A stretch of 64,000 bases of DNA from the human T2T-CHM13v2.0 reference genome, Homo sapiens: NCBI RefSeq assembly GCF_009914755.1, contig NC_060925.1; one strand, 5' to 3'. Shown piece by piece: positions 16,670 to 29,206 of this stretch. Under the pieces are notes generated by a model, which did no database searches, was not told the origin of the DNA, and saw only the letters and a list, made by a program, of their open reading frames with translations. Both the position numbers and the translations under genes were made by a program. How positions within the stretch are numbered: position 1 is the stretch's first letter; each line of letters begins with the position of its first letter.

Positions 16670-17330
16670 AGGTAATTATTTATTTAAAGTATTGCCTATT
16701 AAGCTGTAAGCTCTGTGAGGTTAGGGACTCTGTTTGTGTTGTACACTTCTGTATTTCTAGCACCTAACCAAAAACATAAACCATGAGAGGCACTCACTCA
16801 ATGTTTCTTAGATGAGTGAATCAACTTTAGCGTTGCCTACACAGTTCTGCCTGCATTAGCAGCCCCATTTGAGCCATCCTCCTCATCACTCTCCTGTTAC
16901 AACCACATTGGCCTTTTCTCAGTTCCTTAAAGGTTTCATGCTTTTTATTTTTTCTGGGACTCTTTCACACGCTATTTCCTCTACTTGGAACAGAATGTTT
17001 TCCTGGCTTCCTCCCACTCCAATCTTTGCCCAGCAAATGCCTATTCTTTCTTAAGGCATCTCCTTTAAACAGTTTTTCTTCAGGAAAATCTTGTATTGTA
17101 TGCCTTCACACCTACCCCTACCCTGGTCCCTAAGTATGTCAGGATCCCATTACAACCTATATTGCTTCTTTATTGCTGTTATAATAATTGTATTTATCAT
17201 TTAATGTAAAGTCTTAGGCACATGTTAAGCTTCAGGAAATCATATTGCATTTACTGCTGTAAAAGCCCCTAGGATCCAACATAGTGACTACCATATACGT
17301 ATAAATAAATATCTGTTGCCCAAAAAATTT
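16670..17330 (+). mobile_element. L2 fragments (two 3' segments)
   Basis: CTGTAAGCTCTGTGAGGTTAGGGAC...TGAGTGAAT; GCTATTTCCTCTACTTGGAA...ATAAATATCTGTTG. Confidence 0.65.
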
Positions 17331-17399
17331 AGGCTCTTTCACTGCAGGCAAAGATAATAGGGAAAATAGACAGGGAAATGAACTGAGTTGTGTGACAAA

Positions 17400-17828
17400 G
17401 ACTGAAAGATGCTCACCACAATCCACTTTCTCTTATTCTGGGGCACAAGGCTATGGTACATGTTACACCTCACATGCACCTAGGTGTGGCCATGTGATTT
17501 TGTTTTGCAAAAGTAATGTGTACCCTGTGCCCTTCTGGGCCTCTCTCACACAGAATTCCTATTTATTTGTCTCCATACTTTTTCTCCCTTCTGGTTGGCT
17601 GAAATGGAGATGATCACAGATCTTGGAAACCACATGTTGAAATTTTCAGTGATTCCTTTAGCTGAAGTCCCTGCATGTCCACTTGGAGAGGAGCTGCACC
17701 TGTATGCTGACCTGGAACACCAGAATTGGACTGACACACGAGTGGGAAATAAACCCTTCTTGTGTTTGAGGCATTCTACATTGTGGAGTATATTGGTTGT
17801 AACTCTTATTGTTATGCTAACCAATAAA
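17400..17828 (+). mobile_element. MLT1J-like MaLR LTR
   Basis: TAGGTGTGGCCATGTGA; GAGTGGGAAATAAACCCTTCTTGTGTTTGAGGC. Confidence 0.6.
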
Positions 17829-18897
17829 ATGACTAAGACCTCAAAAGCATAAGCAACAAAAACCAAAATAGGCAAATGGGACTTAGTTAAATGAAAAAGT
17901 CTCTGCACAGCAAAAGAAAGAATCAACAAATTGAGCAGACAACCTGCAGAATGGAAGAAAACATTTGGAGACTATACATGTGATAGGGAACTGATATATA
18001 GAATTCACAAAAAAACTCAGATAACTTGACAACAATAAGTGCAACAAAATAACCCCACTGAAAAGTGGGCAAAGGACATGAATAGACATTTTTCAAAAGA
18101 AGACATACAAATGGCCAACAAGTATATGAAAAAGTGTTTAACATTATTAAGCATATCAGAGAAGTACAAATGGAGACCACAATGAGATATCATCTTATAC
18201 CAGTCAGAATGGCTATTTTTAAAAAGTCAAACAATAACAGATGTTGGCAAGGATTCAGAGAAAAAGGAACGCTTATATACTGTTGGGGGAATGTAAATTA
18301 GTACAACCTCTTTGGAAAACAGTATGGATGTTTCTCAAAGAATTAAAAATAAAACTACTGCTCAATCTAGTAATCCTACTACTGGATATCTTCTAAAAAA
18401 TGAAATAATTATATCAAAAAGATGCCTGCACTAGTATGTTTATCACAGTGCTGTTCACAATAGCAAAGATTTGGAATCACCGTAAGTGTTCATCAGCAGA
18501 TGAATGGATAAAGTGTGGTATATATACACACACAATAGAACACTACTCAGCCATAAAAAGATTGAAATTACATCTTTTGCAGTAACGTGGGTAGAACTGG
18601 AGGTCATTATCTTAAGTAAAACGACTCAGAAACAAAAGTCAAATACTGCATGTTCTCACATATAAATGAAAGCTAAAAAATGTGTACATATGGATATAAA
18701 TTGTGGAATAATAGACATGGGATATTCAGAAGGGTGGGAGGGTGGAAAAGCAGAGAGGGATGAGAAAATACTTAAGAAGTACAACATGCATTATGGTGTG
18801 ATGGTAACACTAAAAGCCCAGACTTTACCATTATGCAGTAGATCCTGTAACAAGACTGTACTTGTACCTCTTAAAATTACACAAATTAAAAATAATA
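17829..18897 (+). mobile_element. L1MA (L1MA1-3-like) 3' end
   Basis: ORF2 C-terminal sequence plus 3'UTR AAAAGCCCAGACTTTACCATTATGCAG...CTTGTACC and A-tail. Confidence 0.85.
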
Positions 18898-18977
18898 GCT
18901 GCTTTAAAATATTTAAAGGACCATTTCATGGTGGAGAATGCAGACTTACTCAGAAGTAGGTCAAATATGTACTAAGG

Positions 18978-19156
18978 CAGTGGTTCTCAAAATGGGAGCA
19001 GTAGCTCCACCATCCCCTGGGAACTTGTTAAAAATGCACATTCTCAGGCTCTAGGCCAGACCTACAGACTCAGAAACCCTGGGGATGGGCCTGGAGGTCT
19101 ATGTTTTTATAAGTCTTCCAGGTGATTTTAATATACATCAAGTTTGAGAACCACTG
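18978..19156. mobile_element. MER5A hAT-Charlie MITE
   Basis: TIRs CAGTGGTTCTCAAA ... TTTGAGAACCACTG. Confidence 0.9.
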
Positions 19157-19189
19157 GACTTTGAGTCTAGAGGGACTTAACCCTTGAAG

Positions 19190-19340
19190 CTTTGTGACTT
19201 TGGACAAGTTGCTTAATTTCTCTGAGCGATGATTTTTTTTTCCGGTAAAATGTTAGAGATATTTACTTCTTGGCATTGTTTTGAGAATTTGAATGAGTGT
19301 TTTTTTAATATATAAAGTACCAATCACAGAGTATATTTCA
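19190..19340 (+). mobile_element. MIR fragment
   Basis: TGTGACTTTGGACAAGTTGCTTAATTTCTCTGAGC. Confidence 0.7.
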
Positions 19341-19699
19341 AACCATGTCTTCTCTCTTCCTTCCACTTTTGTGTGACTTCTGGTGAAACTGGGCCATAGG
19401 GAAAATTCTAGGAATTGGGGAACAAGAATGAACAGAATGCCATGAGTGTAGTGTGTAGAAGTTAAGACATCCTGGGCTACTATGCCAAGCATAAGGGTGG
19501 AAGAGGTACAGAGTATAATAGATTTGAAATGCTAGTCTATTCTGCTTATAAGGTTAGGTTGACCTGCTCGATGTTTAATAACATGTTTTAGCATCATGAT
19601 TTTTGAACATTTTCTTCAGTTACTAACCTTTTTTTTCTTCTGAGCTATGACTATCAAGAACTTAGAACAGTTCTTAATACTTATTAAGCACTCAGTATG

Positions 19700-19835
19700 A
19701 GTTAGCTAGTTAGAATTATACTGCAAATTCTATGAGGTCGATGATTTTTGTTTGTTTATATACTGTAATATCCTCAGCACATAAAACAGTACCCTACACA
19801 TGGCACATGCTCAATAAATATGTGTTGAATAAACA
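19700..19835 (+). mobile_element. L2 3' end
   Basis: TGGCACATGCTCAATAAATATGTGTTGAATAAA. Confidence 0.65.
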
Positions 19836-19969
19836 AAATAACATCTGTTATGTAAATTGCATGATTTCATACATAATGGCTTCTTTTCTCTTCCTCTTTT
19901 ACCCATGCACTGTGACTTTAGTTTAAAGCAATGCTATGGAATTCTCCCTGATCTCCAGCCTACTGAGCC

Positions 19970-20100
19970 CCAAAGTTTAATGGGCATATCCATCATAAGG
20001 ACGGTTGCTAAAATGTAGATTCTGATGCAGTAGGTCTGAGGTGGGGCCTGAGATTCTACATTTCTAACAAGCTCCCAGGTAATGATGGTGCTGCCCTTGC
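19970..20100. mobile_element. MER5 fragment
   Basis: GATTCTGATGCAGTAGGTCTGAGGTGGGGCCTGAGATTCTACATTTCTAACAAGCTCCCAGGT. Confidence 0.75.
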
Positions 20101-20287
20101 AGATACTCAGTTTCATTCCACCTATTCAGACTACTGAAATGCCATCAATTTCATTATTACTGCAAAAACATTTAACAACCATTGACTTGCAAAGTCTCTG
20201 AGAAAGACTGTGGTGTTGGTCCAGTATATTTTGAGGGAATGAACATCCAATTTTTTAAAGACACTTTTATATTTGAGGGAATTTTGA

Positions 20288-20915
20288 CTTTTTATTATAG
20301 AAAACTTCAAATACAGACAAAAGTAAAAAAAATAATAATAAAGTCTCACATAGCCATACCAATTTGACAATTATTAATTTATGGCTAATCTTGTTTCTCT
20401 ATAAACCTTCTACCACTAGATGTTTTAAAGACAATCCACATATCATTTTATTTATAAATAATTTGGTAATTATCTCTAAAATATAAGAAGTCATAAGGCT
20501 TGTAGCAACAATCTCATTCTCACATCCCTTGAATTGATTGCTTCTTAAAATCATCAAGTATTCCGCATTTGAATTTTCATGATTGTCTTTTTTGTTGTCA
20601 TTTTTTAGCAGTTGTTTTTGTTGCTTAAATCGGAGTCCTATGAAAAGCTGCACATTGAATTGGTTGATATGTCTCTTAAGATTGTTTTGATCTATAGATT
20701 TCTCCTCCTTTATTTTTTCTTAAATATTTATTTAGCAAAGAAATGGGACCATCCGTCCTACACTTTCCCACATTCTAGATCTTCAAGATTGGATTCTCAT
20801 GTCTTATAAAATATTACTCTATCCCCTGTATTTCCTGTAAATAAGTGGTTAGATCTAGAGGCTTAATATGCTCCAGGTTCTATATTTTGGAAAGAATACC
20901 TTGTAAATGTTTGTT
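20288..20915 (-). mobile_element. L1MC-type 3' end
   Basis: TTTTATTATAGAAAACTTCAAATACAGACAAAAGTA and GTTAGATCTAGAGGCTTAAT typical of L1MC4/5. Confidence 0.65.
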
Positions 20916-21439
20916 AGAGGGCATTCTTTCGGAGACAGCTGAAGGCTTCCAGATACCTGAAGGTTTAAACAAGAGATTTGTTCAGTAAGGCTGGGAAGCT
21001 TTTGGCCACACAAGCTTTAGAGACCCTGGTTTTTCTAAAGTGGGTGATGATGGTACTTTGTCAGAGACACCTGATTCAGAGAACTCTACTGGAAAATGCT
21101 TGTAAGGCCACGTCTATTGGTTTCTTAAGAAAGTGGTGGGATTGTCATAACACAGGACTCTCTTAGGTTCAAAAGAAGAAAGGAAGCAAGTTTTCAAATA
21201 TTAGATTTTTGGAATTAATACAATGATTAGAACTTAATAAGTAAGAAGGGGATTAGCCTGTTGGTTTTGACCCAGAAAACCATACAAAGTGCTAATTCTT
21301 TTTATGAGCATTCTATAGTGATTATTCCATGCCAGAGGTAATATAACTTGTCTAAGCACTCACAGTTAACAAGTCTGTGCAGTTTTCTCTCCTGGAAATA
21401 GTGCCTCTCCCTATTTTCTTCTCGATTATATTATGCTAA

Positions 21440-21725
21440 TGTTTACTTATTTTTCTGATTCCAGATTTTACTGTCTTCTTTCATGGTTTTTTCTGACCCT
21501 CACTTCTGGGTTAGCCTCTTCTGTGAGTTCTTTTAAAACCATGTGTTTACATTATCAGAGTGCTCAGTTATCAGAACTGAACCATATTTCAGTTCCTTGA
21601 ATTAGGACCGGAAGATCTGTAAGGAAGCGACCACTTCCACCTCATTCACTGCACTATCCGAGGCACTGTATTGCATGCCTGCCACATAATAGAAGCTTGA
21701 AGAATATAGTTTGAATGAAGAATGA
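21440..21725 (+). mobile_element. L2 3' fragment
   Basis: TGCCTGCCACATAATAGAAGCTTGAAGAATATAGTTTGAATGAA. Confidence 0.55.
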
Positions 21726-23202
21726 CCAGTCTAGCATTGTTAGAAAGAAATAGGCTTTGGCTGACAAAACTATTCCAATGGACATGCAACCCTGCTCTCA
21801 GATCATATATGACCTGAGAACCATGTACACTTCTTTCGAGTGTACATCATAAAATGAGGTCCCCAGAACCTTATCCATTTCTGTGCTCTTCCCTGACACA
21901 GTTAATACTTTTGGTGAGCTGATCACTTTTGCCTCAAACTCTGTCCAACAAATAGGGGAGACAGAGGCAGCACATGGGTTCTGCATTCCAGGAGTATGAA
22001 GACCTCCCCATGGCTGATAATTTTTAAAATAAAGCATATTTGTACATGGAGTTGCATTTTATAAAGTCCTCTTAAAAGCTGTGGGGGCAGGAATCTGTGG
22101 TGATCATTCATCACCCTGCCCACACAGCAATTTTAAGTTACTTTAAAGGCAGTGGTCTTTTTTTTTTTTTTTTCATCAACCAACTGATAGTTCCCCAGGG
22201 TGCTGGCAGTCTGACTAATATGTAGTGTTATTGGTGGCTGCTTAGAAACCCCCCGTTTCCCAGGATCATGTAAATTGTATTATTTTGACTCCCACTGATG
22301 AGGTGTGACTTCTGTTAACTTTTTTTTTTTTTTTTTTTCGAAACTCCTTTCTTTTCTTTTTGTCAAGCTTTCAAAGCACTCACTTCTCAGTAGGACTCAA
22401 AAAATTACTGAGGATATTATTAGAGTATGTGTATTTTTATGTATAACACAATCCATAAATAGCATGTATATTACAAGGAGAAACCTAGCCTCTCTTTTCC
22501 TTTTCTGTTAAAAATTGTATGTGAAATGTTTAAATGTAAGAGGGGATTTTTTGTTGGTGGTGTTATAACATAGCTCCCAAAACCTTCCTGGCACAATGCT
22601 CACCAACCATGCAGCTGGGATACTGCTGCAGATGGAGATGGTTCTTAATGCCTTGCTAGACATCATCACCCTGATATTATTGCATTTCCAAAAATCAAGT
22701 TTATCTTCAAAGGATGGATATAAACGATGCTGTGATTTTCATGGGCAATGAATCCATTAAACAATTCCAAAATGATAATTGCCTAGACTGATTAATTTGG
22801 ATTATGATTTTAGTGCTCTTTTTAGAAAGTTAGCTTCTCAAGGAGAGAAACAATGTTTTCTGTATATTTATATTCCTTTTAGGGCATAGCAGTGTTTCAT
22901 TTATAAAACAAGTATTCAATATGTCTTGAATTCAATTGAATATTCATTGCCTTGCATTCTGTGAAGAATTTTATCCTTATTAGAAAACATTAAAACAAAA
23001 GTACTTTTAATGATAGAACAGGCAATTACATAGACATGGTAAAAGCCTTTTAGATATTAAAATATTCAGCAACAATATCTCAAGAAAAATATTCTGTTAG
23101 TTACTTAGGGGTATTGATATGACTACGATATGCTTTTTGAATGCACATATTTCATAATCAAGCATAGAGACAGATGTGCAAACAAATTATAAGGTTGCTT
23201 TT

Positions 23203-25517
23203 TGATATGGTTTGGCTGTATCCCCACCAAAATCTCATCTTGAATTGTAGTTTCCCATAATCCCCAAGTGTGTGGGAGGGACCTAGTGGGAGGTAATTGA
23301 ATCATGGGAACAGTTTCCCCTGTGTTGTTCTTGTGATAGTAAGTTCTCACAAGATCTGATGGTTTTATAAGGAGGTTTCCCTTTTGCTCAGCTTTCATCC
23401 TTCTCCTTCCTGCTGCCATGTGAAGGACATGTTTGCTTCCCTTTCTGCCATGATTATAAGTTTCCTGAGGCCTCCCCAGTCATGTTGAACTGTGAGTCAA
23501 TTAAACCTCTTTCCTTTAGAAATTACCCACTCTCGAGTATCTCTTTATTAGTAGCATGAGAACAGACTAATACAGTAAATTAGTACCAGGAGTGGGGTAC
23601 TGCTATAAGGATACCCAAAAATGTGGAAGTGACTTTGGAACTGGGTAACAAGGAGAGGTTGGAACAGCTTAGAGGACTCAGAAGACAGAAAAATGTGGAA
23701 AAGTTTGGAATGTCCTAGAGACTTGGAGGGCTCAGAAGACAGGAAGTTGTGGGAAAGTTTGGAACTTCCTGGAGACTTGTTGAATGGCTTTGACCAAAAT
23801 GCTGATAGTGATATGGACAATGAAGTACAAGCTGAGGTGGTGAGGGAGATGAGGAGCGTGTTGGGAACTGGAACAAAGGTGACTCTTTGTATGCTTTAGC
23901 AAAGAGACTGGTAGCATTTTCCCCTGCCCTGGAGATCTGTGGAACTTTGAACTTGAGAGAGATGATTTGGGGTATCTGGTGGAAGAAATTTCTAAAAAAA
24001 ATTCTAAATATTCAAGAGGAAGTAGAACATAAAAGTTTGAAAAATTGTCAACCTGATGATGCAAAAGAAAAAGAAAAACCCATTTTCTGGGCAGAAATTC
24101 AAGCTGGCTGCAGATATTTACATAAGTAATGAGGAGCCAAATGTTAATCACCAAGACAATGAGGAAAATGTTTCCAGGGCATGTCAGAGAGCTTCACAGC
24201 AGTCCCTCCCATCACAGGCCCTGAGACCTAGGAGGAAAAATGGTTTCCTGGGCTGGGTCCAGGGCACCTCTGCATTGTGCAGCCTTTGAACTGCATCCTA
24301 GTTGCTCTAGCCATGGCTAAAATGGGCAAAGGACATTGCTTCAGAGAGTGCAAGCCCCCAGCCTTGGCAACTTCCATGTGGTGTTAGTCCTGCAGGTGCA
24401 CAGAAGACAAGAATTGAGGTTTGGAAACCTCTGCCTAGATTTCAGAGGGTGTATGGAAAGGCCTGGATGTCCAGGCAGTAAGTTGCTGCAGGGGTAGAGT
24501 TCTCATTGAGAACCTCTGCTAGGACAGGGCAGAAACGAAATGTGGGGTCAGAGCCCCCACACAGAGTTCCCACTGGGGCACTGCCTAGTAGAGCTCTGAG
24601 AAGAGAGTCACCATCCTCCAGACACCAGAATGGTATATCAACCGACAGCTTGCACCGTACATCTGGAAAAGCCACAGACACTCAACGCCAGCTGTGAAAG
24701 CAGTTGGGGTGGGAGGGCTGTACCCTGCAAAGCCACAGGGGTGGAGCTGCCCAAGGCTATGGGAGTCCACATCTTGCATCAGCATGACCTGGATGTGAGA
24801 CATCAACTCAAAGGAGATCATTTTGAAACTTTAAGGTTTAATGACTCCCCTCCTGAATTTCAGACTTGCATGGGTTTCTATAGCCCCTTTGTTTTGGCCA
24901 ATTTATCCTTTTTGGAATGGGTGTATTTACACAATGGCTGTACCCCCATTGTATCTAGAAAGTAACAACTTACTTTTGATTTTACAGGCTCATAGGTGGA
25001 AGAGACCTGCCTTGTCTCAGATGAGACTTTGGACTTAGACTTTTGGGTTAATTCTGGAATCAGCTAAGACTTTGGGGGACTATTGGGAAGTCATGATTGT
25101 GTTTTCAAATGTGAAGACATGAGATTTGGGAGGGTCCAGGGACAGAATGATATGGTTTGGCTGTGTGTCCCCATCCAAATCTCATTTTGAATTGTAGTTT
25201 CCATAATCTCCAAGTTTGATGGGAGGGACCAAGTGGGAAGTAATTGAATCATGGGAGTGGTTTCCCCCATGCTATTCTCATGACAGTAAGTAAGTTCTTA
25301 GGAGATCTGATGGTTTTATAAGGGGCTCCCCCTATCACTCAGCTCCCGTTCTTCTTCCTGCTGCCATGTGAAGAAGGATCTGTTTGTTTCCTCTTCTGCC
25401 ATGATTGTAGGGCCTCCCCAGCCATGGTGAACTGTAAGTCAATGAAACCTCTTTCCTTTATAAATTACACAGTCTCAGGTATGTCTTTATTAAGCAGCAT
25501 GAGAACGGACTAATACA
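23203..25517 (+). mobile_element. Full-length THE1 (THE1C-like) MaLR provirus: 5'LTR 23203-23574, internal 23575-25147, 3'LTR 25148-25517
   Basis: Two direct LTRs TGATATGGTTTGGCTG...ACTAATACA; internal region starts GTAAATTAGTACC; purine tract before 3'LTR. Confidence 0.95.
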
Positions 25518-25859
25518 TTCTTACTCTGAAGGCCTGGACATTTCTAAAATTTTTCAAAGGATGAGAATTGGCCACTATTGAGAATGTGCGTAAGACTGTG
25601 GTCCAGATCCTTATTTTAAGGAGGCTATCCTAAAAATCAAGAGCAATATAGTTTGCTTGGGGTAGAACTATTGCCTTGCAGACTGCCATTTGACTGGAGA
25701 GAAAAGAGTGCCTCTATTTGAAATAAGACTATGTTTCAGCAGGATATCTCACATTTAATATTAACAATTAAGGGAAGGCCAAGAAATCTTCTTGCTCTGG
25801 AAAATATCTCCCCTGACCCACATTTCTGTCTCCTATGTACTCATAGCTTCTTCATCACT

Positions 25860-27050
25860 GTCTTCCTTGGGATCTTCAGGACTAATCTCCTCATGACCTT
25901 TATCCCAAATCAGGTCAGTCATCCCAAGAAAACCACAATCAAACCTCATTACCCAAGACTCTAATCCCCAGTGGTTCTGACTCAGTTTCTAACCCTCTGT
26001 ATTAGTCCATTTGGTTTACTATAACAAAATACCTTAGACTGGGTAATTTATAAATAATAGAAATTTATTACTCACAGTTCTGGAAGCTGGGAAATCCAAG
26101 ATCAAGATGCCAGCCAATTTGGTGTCTGAGGAGGGCTGTTTCTTATGGATGACACCTTCTATGTGTCTTCATACATAGTGGAGGTCCAAAAAGTGGCCAA
26201 ACAGACTCCCTCAAGCCCTTTTATGAAAGCACTAACACCATTCATGAGGGTTGACTCTTATGACCTAATCACCAACTCAAGACCCCAGTGCAATACTATT
26301 GCATTGGGGATTAAGTTTCAACATGAATGTTGAAGGGACACAAACATTTCAAACACCACACCCTCCATATCTCCAAAACCTCCCTGGCTCCTGAAACTCT
26401 CCTGGGCCTCTCTAAAACTAATCATCAGAAAATCTTTTACTTCGAATTGTTTTGTGAGCCTTTCTTTTATCCTCTTACACTAACAAAAACCTGGCTTTCC
26501 TCAGATGTTTCCCCAACATTCCTCACAATCACAGGCTGTTCTATCTCCCAAAACTTTCATATTATATAGACTCTGGAAACAGAGTAGATGGCATCCACAT
26601 TTCTTTTTCTACTTTCACACCATTTTTCCTTTATCCTTCACAAAACCACTAGATGTCTCCAGACTATACCACTCATTATTCCATTTCTTGGGTCACTTCC
26701 TCTCATTTCTCAAAGATTTTAGCTTCTGCATCATCTTCCCTTTCCAACACTAACCCTTTTTTACTTCTTTAATAATTTCAATATACACAGTAATGATCAT
26801 CACAAAACCATGGCTTTTCAGTCTTTTGAAATCTTCTCTAATAATTTTATTCTGCTTTACTTTACATACTATCACGGTCATACCCTACATCTTGTCATTA
26901 CCAACAACTGTAGCACCTTTTTAGGTGTAAGTTTATATACTGTCTAAGCACCACCACCTTATATCTCTATGGCTAATACCCTTTGTAAACTCCAACTACA
27001 GCAACGCTTCACATTCATGGGGACTTTCCATCTTTCAGTCCTATATTCTT
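25860..27050 (+). mobile_element. L2 ORF2 endonuclease-region relic split by an MLT/MST LTR
   Basis: LTLTKTWLS (~26475) resembles APE motif LALTETWL; GGTCATACCCTACATCTTGTCATTACC (~26876) = GHTLHLVIT. Confidence 0.6.
25998..26360 (-). mobile_element. MLT1A/MSTD-like solo LTR
   Basis: TGTATTAGTCC...AAATTTATTACTCACAGTTCTGGAAGCTGGGAAATCCAAGATCAAG; perfect TSD CCCTC/CCCTC. Confidence 0.85.
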
Positions 27051-27099
27051 GCTTCTCACTACTCTCAGGACTTCTTCACTACATCCTAGTTTTGACTTC

Positions 27100-27370
27100 G
27101 TTATTGACTCCCTGGAACAGCTCAAATCAATTACTTTATTTCTCTATGCATTAATTTTTCTCATATGTAAATTAACAAAATTGCTAAAAATAATGGTAAT
27201 AATCATAAGGTCAACTTTTATTGGGTGTTTGCTATATGCTAAGCAATGTTTGAACCACTTTTTATTTATTAATTCATTCATTCCTTACAATATATTTTTA
27301 AGTAGCTGCTATTATTTCTCTTCCAGATAAGAAAAATGAGGCAGAGAGTGGGCAAATAGCTAATGTATGT
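27100..27370. mobile_element. MIR fragments in opposite orientations
   Basis: TTTCTCATATGTAAA (+), then CAGATAAGAAAAATGAGGCAGAGAG (-). Confidence 0.55.
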
Positions 27371-29178
27371 AAGATGCCCTCTCATTTATGAGCTAATGGC
27401 TTATAAATATCTGGACATCCTTGGGAAAAGTGTCATTTGAATTCAGTTTTTAAAATAATGTGTTTTATTGCTGTTATTTGTACTTTTCAGTAGCTACAAG
27501 GATGAAGGCAAAACTTATCTTCTCCTCTAGACTTTGACTGTTCTTCAGATAATTTTATGTAATATGATGTATGAAATTCTAGGTAGTAGGAAAGCTGTCT
27601 AAGGGAATTATGGTGTTGCTTCATTTCCACTGCCATTATCTCACGTTAGCCAAATCTGGGCTGTCGTTATTTTGTATCAGTCATTATAATTTATTCTTAT
27701 CTAGTTTTTCTACCTTCAATTTTTCCTCATTTCTCTTTTCTAGTACATTTACTACATGTAACTAAAATGATGCTTGCATTAGTTACAACCAAAGAAAATT
27801 GCTGATATTTGGCTGTTTTTGACTAGTAAAAAAAGAGACAAGTTCATATGGTTAAACCTAGTATTAACGTAACATAGATAAAATGGTGTTATTCCCTGAA
27901 CTACAATCATTTTTATAGCTCTCTATTGTCCTTATGAAAATGTTTAAACTCCTCAGCATTACATATAAGCACATGTTCTGTTAGTAATAGACTCTGAACT
28001 TGAGTGCCTGACCAGGGTTCTGAAAGCTCAAACGCCTGCAGGGACCAAATGAATGGTGTAAATGTTTGACATGACTTGGAGCATGACTGAGGAATGGTGC
28101 ATATCGTGTGTGGTGACTGTAAGGCAGCAAGTCCTCTTTGAAGGAGCTATTCCAGTAAACTGTTTCCATGGTTCCATAGTTTTGATCTTTCAGAAATTTA
28201 GAGTTTTACCTGTAATTTAATTTTTCTCAATAATACCAGCAAACATATACATAACACATATATGGGCTATGCATTATTTCAAGCTCTTTTCAATGCGACA
28301 GCTAATTCAAAAATTTAGCAATCATTGTACAGTCAAAACATAATCTGTCTATGAATAAAATCTGGCCTGAAAGCTCCTAGTTATGGCTCCTTCCTTTAGA
28401 CGCTTCTGCTAACATATGGGATGACTCCCAATCTCAGACAAATCAGTCACTCTCACACCTCCCAGTTTTTGCTCCTGTGGTGTCCTCTGCATTGAATTTT
28501 TTTCCTTCTTTCCCAACTACCTTTCCCCACCTCAACTTCAATTGACAGCTTTCTCTTAATTTTTTTAAAATCTATTTTTAAAAAATTAAACCTTCCTGAT
28601 TTTCATCATAGCCTTAAACAGTTATTTCCTTCTTTCTTTCATGACACTTTTTCAGCACACAGCTCAGGGCTTACACGTCATAGGCATTCAGAAATGTTTA
28701 CTGAATAAGTGGGTGACTATTCTAAATAATTATATTTAAAGCCCATTCATATATTTAAAAAACATATTTGGCCACTTATTATGCCAGACATTGCTTTAAG
28801 AGTCTAAAATCCTTTTATTAAATGTATAAGTAATACCTCATAAACTTTCTAGGTCTATAGTTTCCCAAAGCATCAGTTGTGACATTATTTCATCATTTGC
28901 TGAAACTCCTTACAATCTAAAGCCAGTTCCTTGGAAGTACAGCCTCTACTAATGCTCAATGAATATTGGATTCCATGCCATCTTGAAATGGCAGTTAGGT
29001 AGCAAGATGCAATTTCTGAAAGCTGATTCTTTCCACAAGCTCAACAAGCCTTGTTTGACAGCTTCCACTAGCTGTATGGAAAAACAGAGAGAGAGGGAGT
29101 TGCAATCAAATTGCTTATCTAATGCTACATGACAATCTAGTGACAGGGTTTATTTAAGAATACACAGACTGCTTTGTT

Positions 29179-29206
29179 ACACACACACACACACACACAG
29201 ACACAG
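29179..29206. repeat. (CA)n microsatellite
   Basis: Visible directly. Confidence 0.9.

Noticed and set aside
23669-23776. ~54-bp tandem duplication in the THE1 internal region
   Set aside because: I recall it as a feature of THE1C-int consensus, so probably not locus-specific; confirm in Dfam
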